A DNA stretch of 64,000 nt. Origin: Nitrospinales bacterium. GTDB lineage: Bacteria; Nitrospinota; Nitrospinia; Nitrospinales; VA-1. The notes beneath the pieces were generated by a model. That model was not told where the DNA came from and searched no databases. It was given only the letters and a program-made list of their open reading frames with translations. The number at the start of each line of letters is the position of its first letter. Position 1 is the stretch's first letter. A program made the position numbers and the translations under genes. Below are positions 21,712 to 30,764 of the stretch, piece by piece. The stretch covers positions 1,760,001-1,824,000 of the forward strand of contig CBDCXL010000002.1 of NCBI GenBank assembly GCA_965223795.1, written 5' to 3'.

Positions 21712-22267
21712 GGCCTACGGAGAGATTCTCCCTTTGCTCAAGGGGGAGCCCGTGGTGCATGCCAACGGCTACATCTGCCGGGAATCCTTCAGCCTTCAGG
21801 ACCGGGAAGCGAATTTTTACATGATCGGATCGATGGGGCTGGCTTCATCGATCGGTCTGGGGGTGGCGCTGTGCAAGCCGGACCGCAAGGTCGTCGTGTT
21901 TGACGGGGACGGGAATGTGCTGATGTCGATGGGCACCCTCGCCATGATCGCCGCCGCGGCGCCGAAAAACCTGGTGCACGTGGTGTTCGACAATCAGGTG
22001 TACGAGTCGACGGGATGTCAGAAATCGTTGTCCAATGCGATCCCGCTGGAGAAGGTTGCGGAGGGGGTTGGTTACGCTCAGGCGGTCAAGGTGACGGAAA
22101 AGGAAGAGCTCGGGCCCACGTTCGAAAGGCTGATGCAGGTCGAGGGGCCGGTGTTTCTGCTGGTCAAGGTGGATCCGGATTTCGATCCCGCGACGGGCCG
22201 GGTGACCCACACGCCCGAGGAAATCAAATCCCGGTTCATGAATGCATTGAACAGGACCTCTGTTTAA
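21698..22267 (+). CDS. comE: ThDP-dependent sulfopyruvate/phosphonopyruvate decarboxylase, beta subunit
   Basis: NFYMIGSMGLASSIGLG, ThDP motif DGDGNVLM...DNQVYESTG; overlaps alpha subunit end. Confidence 0.75.
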   Translation: MKSTEAYGEILPLLKGEPVVHANGYICRESFSLQDREANFYMIGSMGLASSIGLGVALCKPDRKVVVFDGDGNVLMSMGTLAMIAAAAPKNLVHVVFDNQVYESTGCQKSLSNAIPLEKVAEGVGYAQAVKVTEKEELGPTFERLMQVEGPVFLLVKVDPDFDPATGRVTHTPEEIKSRFMNALNRTSV

Positions 22268-22376
22268 GCCACTATTTCTATGGCGGTAAGATGCGACCCT
22301 TTTTTCTTAAGGGGAGCACGTGTCCTGACTTTTTTAAAAGCGTCCCTGAAATGACCGTGCGGATCAGAAATCAGAT

Positions 22377-22610
22377 TCAGACCGCCAGGTCCACCTGATT
22401 TCCGGTCTGTGATTCGCCGCTGGCAAGCGGAGCGGAGGCATTGCCGTCTTCCGCAGTTGTTTCCACAGGAGGCAGCGAGCTGGATTGTGCCGTTTCGCCC
22501 GTCTCAGAAGCAGACCTGGCTTCTTTCCCGGCGGTGGATTCCGGGCGCGCGGCGTCGTTGGCGGAGGGTTTGGGCGTTGCGGTGGATTGGGTCAGGCTGT
22601 TGACTTCCAT
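22377..22610 (-). CDS. small low-complexity protein ending GNQVDLAV (putative motility-associated)
   Basis: RBS GAGGA; 6 nt downstream of flaG; C-terminal GxxVD motif like small flagellar-regulon proteins. Confidence 0.6.
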   Translation of the reverse strand: MEVNSLTQSTATPKPSANDAARPESTAGKEARSASETGETAQSSSLPPVETTAEDGNASAPLASGESQTGNQVDLAV

Positions 22611-22616
22611 GATTCC

Positions 22617-23027
22617 TCAAATATTCAAATCGGGTGATTGTTTCCCGGACAGATTTTCCACGACTGTCCGAATCCCTTCTTTCAGTTTCAGCTCATCTTC
22701 AGAAGGGATTTGTTTGACAACTTCCTTGGTCTGATTGTCGAGAATTTTCACGACCACATCGTTTTCTTCGGTGATCGTGAATTTACGGGTGCGATCGGCG
22801 GCATCCGGGGAAGCCGCGGTATCCTGCTTATCCGGAGTTTCTCCGGCGGGTGATTTCGGTTGCGTCCCTTCCAGCTTTTCCCGGCTCGCCGGCGACAGGG
22901 AAACCGTGTCGTCCGAGGGCGCGGATTCCGGAGCCTTTGCGGAGGCGTTCGTGCCTTCTGTCCGCAAACGCCGTTCCTGCTGCCTCAGTTCGGGTTTCCC
23001 GGTGGGTTGGATCGGCTGACTGTCCAT
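22617..23027 (-). CDS. flaG: FlaG-family flagellar protein
   Basis: C-terminal VVVKILDNQTKEVVKQIPSEDELKL; N-terminal DTVSLS motif; RBS GAGGAA before ATG 23027. Confidence 0.78.
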   Translation of the reverse strand: MDSQPIQPTGKPELRQQERRLRTEGTNASAKAPESAPSDDTVSLSPASREKLEGTQPKSPAGETPDKQDTAASPDAADRTRKFTITEENDVVVKILDNQTKEVVKQIPSEDELKLKEGIRTVVENLSGKQSPDLNI

Positions 23028-23167
23028 GATCGCGTTCCTCAAAAGTTGAGGTTTTTTTCATTATTCTTGAAATGAACGGTCTCAATAAAAGGCCGTTTTT
23101 CATAACTTTTTGTAATTATTGGACTTTTGAGCCTAAATTTACAAAAAGCAAAAAACTCTTAATCTTA

Positions 23168-23194
23168 GGATCGGCATTTTTTGCGAAATCTTTA
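23168..23194 (-). promoter_or_regulatory. sigma28 (FliA) promoter for flaG
   Basis: TAAA-15 nt-GCCGATCC on minus strand versus consensus TAAA-N15-GCCGATAA. Confidence 0.75.
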
Positions 23195-23481
23195 GCGCAA
23201 TTTAAAAATCTTTCGGATTCAATGGAAAAACCGATAAAATCGGAGATTCGAGTCCTGCCGCCAGCGGGGGTGGCGGGATATGCGTCAGCGCGCCCTGAAC
23301 GTCTCAGGATATTTCACAGCCGGATGGATATTCGTTTGAATTGGGTCCGAGGCCGGGGTATGATACCGACTTCTTATTTCCTTGAATTTGATAATGTTAC
23401 GGTTTGTCGGGAGAAAAGCGTCCCTCGCTGTTCGGAGCGTTCTCAGGGCGGAGGGATTTCCTTTTCAGACCCTGTATTGTC

Positions 23482-25272
23482 ATGAAGGATTTCGCGAAAA
23501 TACTGCGTTACGCGCGGCCGTATAAAAAAAGCATCATTTTTGCTTTTTTGTGCCTGACGCTGACCTCGGTGATCAATCTGATCCTGCCGCTGATCGTCCG
23601 CAATATGATCAACGCGGTGGTCGTCCTGAAAAACAGCGGGCTTTTGGACAGCCTGGCGCGCGACCTGTTCATCATCATCCTGTTTCAGGCGGTGTTCGCG
23701 GTCGCTCACAATTACGTTCTGGGGTTCGTGGGTCACAGGATGACGACGGATTTCAGAATCGAGTTTTTTTCCCACATTCAATCCCTGTCGCTGCGGTTTT
23801 TTCATCGGCGCCGCGTCGGTGAGATCCTGTCGAGAATGAGCAACGACATCTCGGTGATCCAGAACGCGCTGATCACCATACCCGTCGCGCTTTTACGCCA
23901 GACCATCACGCTGCTGGGCGCTCTGGCGATCATTTTGTATTTGAACTGGAAACTCACCGGGCTGATCCTTCTCGTGCTGCCGCCCCTCATGCTGTTCGCG
24001 CGGGTGTTCGGCAAGCGGCTCCGGCGGCTTTCCGAAACGGTGCAGGACAAGCTGGCGCGGTCGGTGGTGGTGCTGGAAGAAACGGTGTCCTCGATCAAGG
24101 TGGTGAAGTCCTACACGCGCGAACCCTACGAGCGCAAACGCTTCGAAAAGAACATCGAGACCGCGTTCGACGATTCCATCCGCAAGCTCAAGATCTCCGC
24201 TTTTTTCGGTCCGTTTATATTGGGGCTGACCTTTTTCGTGTCCGGACTGCTGATCTGGTACGGCGGCTATCAGGTCATGGAGGGCGCGACCACTCCGGGC
24301 GAACTGGCGGCGTTTTTCCTGTACGGGCTCATCATCGCCGGGCCCATCGGCACGTTCGTCCGTCTGTACACGCAGATCCAGGAAACGCTGGGCGCGGTGA
24401 AGCGGGTCTATGAAATCCTCGACACGCAGCCGCTCATTCAAAGCCCGGAAAACCCCGTGCCGGTGCCCGACCTGGAAGGCAGGATTGAATTTAAGGGCGT
24501 GCGCTTCGGCTACCAGAAAGACACGCCGGTTCTCAAAGACGTGAGTTTCGACATCGAACCCGGCAAGACCGTGGCGCTGGTGGGGCCGAGTGGCGCGGGG
24601 AAATCCACCGTGATCCAGCTTCTGCACCGGTTCTTCGATCCCGACGCCGGCCGCGTGCTGTGCGACGGGCACGACATCCGCACGCTGGATCTTGAGCAGT
24701 ATCTCAACCAGATCGCGCTGGTTCCGCAGGAGGCCCTGCTGTTCGGCGGGTCGGTGCGGGAAAACATTTTATACGGCAAGCTCGACGCCACGGAAGAGGA
24801 AATCGTTGCGGCGGCGAAATCCGCCAACGCGCACGATTTCATCCTGGGGCTGGAACAGGGCTACGACACGCCGGTGGGAGAAAAGGGCGTGAAGCTTTCG
24901 GGCGGCGAGCGGCAGCGCATCGCCATCGCGCGCGCGATTTTGAAAAACCCGAAGATCCTGGTTCTCGACGAGGCCACCTCCTCGCTCGACAACCGTTCGG
25001 AATCGTTGATTCAGGAAGCGCTGGAAAACCTGATGGCGGACCGCACCACGTTGATCATCGCGCACCGGCTGAGCACTGTGCGCAATGCGGACAAGATCAT
25101 CGTGCTCGACAAGGGCAAAGTGATCGAAACGGGAACGCACGATGCGCTGATGCGCAACGAAAATCTGTATTACAATCTTTACACCCTGAAGATGCTGGAA
25201 ATCCAGTCTCCCTCTGCGGAGGACAGCCTGGACGACACGGAGTTGGGCTACCCGACACAAAAAGTGATTTGA
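23482..25272 (+). CDS. ABC exporter, fused permease/ATPase (MsbA-like family)
   Basis: TM domain then GPSGAGKS, LSGGERQRIAIAR, LDEATSSLD, IAHRLST. Confidence 0.92.
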   Translation: MKDFAKILRYARPYKKSIIFAFLCLTLTSVINLILPLIVRNMINAVVVLKNSGLLDSLARDLFIIILFQAVFAVAHNYVLGFVGHRMTTDFRIEFFSHIQSLSLRFFHRRRVGEILSRMSNDISVIQNALITIPVALLRQTITLLGALAIILYLNWKLTGLILLVLPPLMLFARVFGKRLRRLSETVQDKLARSVVVLEETVSSIKVVKSYTREPYERKRFEKNIETAFDDSIRKLKISAFFGPFILGLTFFVSGLLIWYGGYQVMEGATTPGELAAFFLYGLIIAGPIGTFVRLYTQIQETLGAVKRVYEILDTQPLIQSPENPVPVPDLEGRIEFKGVRFGYQKDTPVLKDVSFDIEPGKTVALVGPSGAGKSTVIQLLHRFFDPDAGRVLCDGHDIRTLDLEQYLNQIALVPQEALLFGGSVRENILYGKLDATEEEIVAAAKSANAHDFILGLEQGYDTPVGEKGVKLSGGERQRIAIARAILKNPKILVLDEATSSLDNRSESLIQEALENLMADRTTLIIAHRLSTVRNADKIIVLDKGKVIETGTHDALMRNENLYYNLYTLKMLEIQSPSAEDSLDDTELGYPTQKVI

Positions 25273-25300
25273 ACCCTCCTTTCATTTCCTTCACCCCGGC

Positions 25301-27436
25301 ATGAACAAAATCAAATTTCTGTTTGGCATCCACAACCATCAGCCTGTGGGCAACTTCGACCATGTGTTCGAAGAGGTGTATGAAAAATGCTACCGGCCCT
25401 ATTTCGACGTGCTGAGCGGTTTTCCCGAAATCAAGACGGCGGTGCATTTTTCCGGACCGCTGCTGGAATGGCTGAAGTCCCACAAACCGGATTACCTGAA
25501 ACGGATCCGCGAGATGGCGGGCCGAGGCTCGCTTGAGATCATGAGCGGCGGGTTTTACGAACCGCTGCTGGCGACGCTGCCCGAGGAGGACGCCGTCGGC
25601 CAGATCCGCATGATGAACGATTTCATCCGCGAGGAATTCGACTTCACGCCGCAGGGCCTGTGGCTGGCGGAGCGGATCTGGAACCCGGAGCTGCCGAAAA
25701 TCATCTCGATGGCGGGCATCCGCTACACGGTGGTGGACGACACGCATTTTTATTATTCCGGTCTGGAAGAAAACCGGATGCAGGGGTATTTCATTACGGA
25801 ACGCGCGGGCCATCCCCTGTTCGTGTTTCCCATCAGCAAGCCCTTGCGTTATGCCATTCCTTTTAAAATGCCCGAGGAAACCCTCGCCCTGCTGCGCCAT
25901 GCGAAGGACGAGCAGGGCTTCACCGGCCTCACCTATGCGGACGATGGCGAAAAATTCGGCAGCTGGCCGGAGACCTATCAATGGGTGTACAACGAGAAAT
26001 GGCTGGAGAAGTTTTTCACCGCGCTGCGCGACAACGCCGACTGGGTGGAGACGACGACGTTCGCCGAATACATCGACCGGCATCCGCCCTCAGGGCGCGT
26101 GTATCTGCCCATGGCTTCCTACGAAGAGATGATGGAATGGTCTTTGAACACGAAGTCGGCGCTGCAGTACAAAAAGCTGAAAGAAGACCTCAATGCGCGG
26201 GGGATCGGCGAGGATCGTTACAAGCTGTTTCTGCGTGGCGGGCAATGGGACAACTTCCTCACCAAGTATGAAGAAAGCAACCAGCTGCACAAGCGCATGC
26301 TGCTGGTCAGCCGCAAGGTGAAACTGCTGGATTCCGAAACGCAGAAGTCCAGCGGCGCGCTCCAGGCGCTGTACCGGAGCCAGTGCAATTGCGCCCAGTG
26401 GCACGGCCTGTTCGGCGGGCTGTATCTCAATTACCTGAGGCACGCTCTGTACCGCGATTTGATCGAGGCGGAGAACATCGTGGATGAGAAGCTCAAGCAG
26501 TCGTTCACGGTGCAGAGCATCGACTTCAACCTCGACGGCCGTGAAGAGATCTGGGCGGCCAACCCCAAGATGACCGCGTTCGTCGCGCCCGCCTACGGCG
26601 GCGCCCTGTTGGAGCTGGACTACCGGCCGGCCTGCTTCAACCTGAGCAACGTTCTCAAGCGGCGCGAGGAGACCTACCACCAGAGCCTCAAGGAAGCCGC
26701 GCATCCGCATCAGGACCAGGCCGGCTCGCCGCAATCGATTCACGACCGGGTCAAGTTCAAGGAGGACGATCTGGCGGGCAAGCTGTTTTTCGACCGCTGG
26801 GAACGGTATTCGCTGCTGGATCATTTTCTGGCGCCGGAGACCACGCTGGCGGATTTCAAGCGGGGCGATTCCCGCGAGGAAGGGGATTTCGTCGACGCGG
26901 ATTACGAGGTGCGGACGCCGGTCCCGGGCCGTTCGGCCAAGGCGTTCGCGGTGAACCTCACGCGCAGCGGACACGTTGCGTCCCGGGATGCGGCAGGGAC
27001 GGTCTCAATCCAGAAGGTGTATCACTTTTCCCGCACCGATGCCGAAATCCGCGTGCAGTACCGCATCACAAACGATGGCGATGCGCCCCGCAGACTCTGG
27101 TGGGGCGTGGAATTCAATTTCACGCTGCTGGCGGGCGACGCGCCGGACCGTGCTTATTTTCTGCCCGGCCAGGACCTTAAAGATGCGCGGATGGTCAGCG
27201 AAGGCGAGCTTTCGTCTGTGCGACAATTCGGTCTCAAAGACGACTGGTACCGGTTCGGGCTGCTTTTCACCTTCGAGCCGGAGATGGCGGTCTGGCGCTT
27301 TCCGGTGGAAACCATTTCGCAGTCGGAAGACGGCATCGAACGCAACTACCAGGGCTCCTGCCTTCTTGCCCACAAGCGGTTCGACCTCGATCCGGGAAAA
27401 AGCATCGAGCAGACGTTCACGTTGACTGTTTCCTGA
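25301..27436 (+). CDS. GH57 alpha-amylase/4-alpha-glucanotransferase
   Basis: HNHQP, GGFYEPLL, WLAERIW, DDGEKFG, WHGLFGGLY, C-terminal VETISQSEDGIE. Confidence 0.9.
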   Translation: MNKIKFLFGIHNHQPVGNFDHVFEEVYEKCYRPYFDVLSGFPEIKTAVHFSGPLLEWLKSHKPDYLKRIREMAGRGSLEIMSGGFYEPLLATLPEEDAVGQIRMMNDFIREEFDFTPQGLWLAERIWNPELPKIISMAGIRYTVVDDTHFYYSGLEENRMQGYFITERAGHPLFVFPISKPLRYAIPFKMPEETLALLRHAKDEQGFTGLTYADDGEKFGSWPETYQWVYNEKWLEKFFTALRDNADWVETTTFAEYIDRHPPSGRVYLPMASYEEMMEWSLNTKSALQYKKLKEDLNARGIGEDRYKLFLRGGQWDNFLTKYEESNQLHKRMLLVSRKVKLLDSETQKSSGALQALYRSQCNCAQWHGLFGGLYLNYLRHALYRDLIEAENIVDEKLKQSFTVQSIDFNLDGREEIWAANPKMTAFVAPAYGGALLELDYRPACFNLSNVLKRREETYHQSLKEAAHPHQDQAGSPQSIHDRVKFKEDDLAGKLFFDRWERYSLLDHFLAPETTLADFKRGDSREEGDFVDADYEVRTPVPGRSAKAFAVNLTRSGHVASRDAAGTVSIQKVYHFSRTDAEIRVQYRITNDGDAPRRLWWGVEFNFTLLAGDAPDRAYFLPGQDLKDARMVSEGELSSVRQFGLKDDWYRFGLLFTFEPEMAVWRFPVETISQSEDGIERNYQGSCLLAHKRFDLDPGKSIEQTFTLTVS

Positions 27437-27488
27437 GCGGAAAGCACACGATGCGATCCACTCAGCAGGTTTGAGGGAGCTTGGTGTT

Positions 27489-27926
27489 TCAGGAATAGGG
27501 GTGGGACTGGGAGCCGTGGTTGCCGCCGGGGTCGGCGCCGATCAGAAACCCGAACAGATGCGCTCTTTTTTCCGGATCGCCCTGGTTGTAAATCCGCACC
27601 AGTTTCTCGATCAGGTCTTTCAGTTTCGGGTCCTCGCCGTATTCGGCGCTTTCCTCGTAGGCCATGGGAGCGACCGCGTTCTCGCTGCCGCGCTTCATCG
27701 GCCCCTGGCCGATCAGCAGCCAGATGATATTGATATTGGTATTGAGGTGGATTTTCGCAATGGTGTCGGCGGAGGGCAGCGATTTGTTGTTTTCGATGTC
27801 CGAGAGCGATCCCTGGGAAATATCGATCAGTTCGGCCAGCTCAAAGGATTTCAGTGGCAGGGACTTGCGCCATTGACGCAGCCGGTCACCCAGAAAATTC
27901 GTGAGTCCTGATTTTTTGTCTTGCAA
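27489..27926 (-). CDS. XRE-family HTH repressor (phage CI-like)
   Basis: GDRLRQWRK...ELAELIDISQGSLSDIENNKSLPS...NIIWLLIGQGPM; TTG start. Confidence 0.85.
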   Translation of the reverse strand: MQDKKSGLTNFLGDRLRQWRKSLPLKSFELAELIDISQGSLSDIENNKSLPSADTIAKIHLNTNINIIWLLIGQGPMKRGSENAVAPMAYEESAEYGEDPKLKDLIEKLVRIYNQGDPEKRAHLFGFLIGADPGGNHGSQSHPYS

Positions 27927-27949
27927 AATTCCGAATTCCGAAATATAGT
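27921..27949 (+). promoter_or_regulatory. rightward sigma70-type promoter overlapping the repressor start, operator-like site in spacer
   Basis: TTGCAA-17 nt-TATAGT; spacer holds TCCGAATTCCGA. Confidence 0.6.
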
Positions 27950-28046
27950 GTTAACTGAGGGGGACTGTATCTTCACCATTCCGGGAACGATCGACTCAAC
28001 CGCGGACGCGAGGGATGGTATGGTGAGGAAAATGCCGATATACCGA

Positions 28047-28076
28047 ATTATATCACTAAAGATTCGATCCTCTTAA
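28047..28076 (-). promoter_or_regulatory. leftward promoter for the XRE repressor
   Basis: TTAAGA-18 nt-TATAAT with TG extended -10, followed by operator-like site 28035-28046. Confidence 0.6.
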
Positions 28077-28516
28077 GTTTTTGTCATAGATTTACCTACG
28101 CCGATCGCATTCAGCCGGAAAAGCAGCCTGTGAGCGGGGCTGGGATTTCCAAAGCTATACTTTTAAAAGTAAGGGTTTATTCTGCTCCAGGCGCGGACCG
28201 GCCACGGCGCGGGTCAAAAACAAAAAAATTCTTTCCCCGGAAATCCTTTTGTGCGTTTTCGTTCCCGGCATTGCGATTTTTTCCTGAGCCGGGGTCTTGC
28301 TTCCCTGTTGGACTCAACGGCCGCATCAAAAAAATTCCGCATTCACACCGCCTTCTGTAAATTCGACAGGCCAAATATTTTGCTTGTAAAAATTCGGAAA
28401 ACCGATTTTGGTGGATTTTGTGCCGTAATGGATTCAAATTGCGTAGGTTATCAAATTCACCCCGGATTCGTCTGGACGCCATGCGGGAAAGTTATTTCCT
28501 GATCACGGAGGCGGGA

Positions 28517-28717
28517 ATGTCTTTTGTGCCCAAAAAGAAGGAGTTCACGTTCAAAACGGACTGCCGGCCAAGGCCGCGCGAGGTCGGCGGGCAGGTGATC
28601 CTGTGGAGTCCGGATGCCGTTGCGGATGATCCGTGGAAACAGGCGTTGGAGAAACAGGCGATCGAGTTCATGACCAATATCCCTGCCCACCCAGCGTTCA
28701 ATTTTGTTTTTTCCTAA
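28517..28717 (+). CDS. small hypothetical protein, probably 3'-truncated or chimeric
   Basis: Strong RBS GGAGG; GC-rich until about 28675, then runs into the antisense of the AT-rich gene. Confidence 0.45.
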   Translation: MSFVPKKKEFTFKTDCRPRPREVGGQVILWSPDAVADDPWKQALEKQAIEFMTNIPAHPAFNFVFS

Positions 28718-29100
28718 TGTAATAAATACCCGATTTCTGTGAAACCTTTCTATTTTATCAGCGGCAAATCCAAAAACGGGATTGGCTAAGGAGAGTTCTT
28801 CGAATAAAACTTGGATGTGAATTTGATATTCAAATGGAATATGTGTGGATACTTCTTGCAGCCCCTCCGAGTGTTTCGAGATGTTGAACAAACAATGTTG
28901 GTTCATAAGAAAATACCCATTAGGATTCTCTGCTTTAAAGTTCTCGAATAGTTTTTTATCTGCACATGTATATTCATGTTTGATTTGCTGCACTTCATCT
29001 TCATGAAAATGAGGGGGCAAACGGATTCGGGAAGGTTAAACAATCTTTCGATGGCGTCCTCTATATTTTTTCTTTTATAGTACAAATTGACATCAATCAT
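28670..29100 (-). pseudogene. AT-rich frameshifted gene fragment, possibly toxin-immunity-like
   Basis: MIDVNLYYKRK...PESVCP continues as PHFHEDE...HRNRVFITLGKNKIERWVGRD only after a one-base shift at the G5 run 29013-29017; abrupt composition change at both ends. Confidence 0.6.
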
Positions 29101-29114
29101 TTTATCTCTTGCTT

Positions 29115-30755
29115 TCACTCCCCGCGGGCGGTTTCGGGTTCTTTGGGCAGCAGGATCTGAAACAGGCCGATGATCTCTTCGAAGCGGTAGTTCTCCGCGA
29201 TGTATGCAAATAAAACAGGGGCGTAGTTCGACAGACGCCGTTCTTCTTTACCGTCGATGGGAATGTCCACGTAGACGACCAGCTTCGGCGGCGTCCTCTT
29301 GAGCAGCGTGACCAGCTCGGTCTGCGCGTCTGCATCCAGCATGCCCGGTAAAATCCAGTCGTAGGGCGTCGGGTTTATCCGGCCGGTGAGAAAATAAAAC
29401 ACGGGATTGAGCGGCAGGGCCAGGATGGGATCGCCTGCGTCCGTGTAGATCTCGATGCGGTCGGTGATCTGTTCCAGCCACAGCGCTTCGGTGGGGTGCG
29501 GCCGCACGTTCATGCGGTCGAGCTGCACGGGCCGGGTTTCTTCATTGAGCGCGCCGATGGAGCCCGCGTAAAACCCGTGCCGGGTGTTCATCTCGTAAAC
29601 AAACAGCAGCGGCAGTGCAGCGGCGAGGGCATGGACCGTGCGTTTGCGTATGGCGTGTGCCGTCTGTGAGCTTGCAAACGCGGGCCGGTTCACAATCCAT
29701 TCGTGGATGCGGTGCAAGCCATAGCAGAACAGGATGTAAAACGGCGGCAGGGTGCGCAGCAGGTTGTCGAACCCGGCGCGCCAGATCACCAGGCCGTACA
29801 CGCCGACGCCGAAAGCCAGCACGATGAACAGCTTTAGATTTTCCCGACCGGGTGCGGGAATTTTTTTCAGGATCCGGATGCCGAGCAGGACGGCGATGCC
29901 CGCGTAGGTCCAGACGGGCAGGTAAAACAGAATCCTCTCGAACATCGCATGCGCTCCCAACTCGTGCCACAGAGGAAAAAACGGCAGCAGCTCGGGAAAG
30001 GGATTGCCCCAGACGCGGTGCGCCTCGAACACAAGCTGAAATACCTTGCGGAAGTAGTCGTGGTTGAAAAAATAAACCGCGAGGGCGAACAGCAGGGCCG
30101 TGAGAGTCAGAACCGCAGCGAGCGCGAGCCTGCCCTGCGGCCGCAATGCGCCGCGCCCGGTGTGCGCGACGCTCGAAAAAAACGCGATGGCGCTCACGAG
30201 AGCGGTGATGAGGGCGATCTCGATCTTGAAACAGCCGCTCAAAAAAATCGCGGCGATGACCCAAAGCCCGTCGCGCATGCGCCGTTTCTCGACCGCGTTT
30301 ATCAGCAGGAACAGATTCAGCACGGTGAAAAACGGAAAGAAGCGGTTGTAGTACATGGACGGCGCGGAAAGAACGCACAGGGCCGCGAGAACGGCGAAGC
30401 CGGGCGGCATCAGTCTGCGTGCCGCCGCGTAAAGAAGGAGGACCATCGCCGGGGTGAACAGCAGCACGGCGAGCCGCAGGCTGAACACGTCGGTGCCGAA
30501 CAGTTTGAAGAACAGGGCGGCGTACCAATAACGGCCGGGCAGGTAGCCGTTGGGGTTGAAATCCTCGAGCGCTTTTTCTCCGTTCAAGGTGCGCAGGGTG
30601 CCGTTGGCGAACCCGCCTTCGTCCCAGAGGTTGAAACCGTACTCGGCAAACGAATAAAAATAGCCGGTCAACAGCAGGTACACCACGGCGGTGCGCACGA
30701 ATGGAGATCGTGGAATGAGGACGCGGAGACGTACCAGGGAAGTGGCGCGTTGCAT
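29115..30755 (-). CDS. multi-TM GT-C-fold glycosyltransferase-like membrane protein
   Basis: First loop GFNLWDEGG (DEG motif of ArnT/PMT-like enzymes), many TM helices, C-terminal soluble domain. Confidence 0.65.
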   Translation of the reverse strand: MQRATSLVRLRVLIPRSPFVRTAVVYLLLTGYFYSFAEYGFNLWDEGGFANGTLRTLNGEKALEDFNPNGYLPGRYWYAALFFKLFGTDVFSLRLAVLLFTPAMVLLLYAAARRLMPPGFAVLAALCVLSAPSMYYNRFFPFFTVLNLFLLINAVEKRRMRDGLWVIAAIFLSGCFKIEIALITALVSAIAFFSSVAHTGRGALRPQGRLALAAVLTLTALLFALAVYFFNHDYFRKVFQLVFEAHRVWGNPFPELLPFFPLWHELGAHAMFERILFYLPVWTYAGIAVLLGIRILKKIPAPGRENLKLFIVLAFGVGVYGLVIWRAGFDNLLRTLPPFYILFCYGLHRIHEWIVNRPAFASSQTAHAIRKRTVHALAAALPLLFVYEMNTRHGFYAGSIGALNEETRPVQLDRMNVRPHPTEALWLEQITDRIEIYTDAGDPILALPLNPVFYFLTGRINPTPYDWILPGMLDADAQTELVTLLKRTPPKLVVYVDIPIDGKEERRLSNYAPVLFAYIAENYRFEEIIGLFQILLPKEPETARGE

Positions 30756-30764
30756 GGGCCGGGC

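Noticed and set aside
28032..28076. 14-codon ORF MPIYRIISLKIRSS with GAGGA upstream
   Set aside because: Coincides with the leftward promoter and operator; too short to support without ribosome profiling
27437..29114. Intact prophage or IS element
   Set aside because: No integrase, transposase, structural genes or terminal repeats found; at most a remnant
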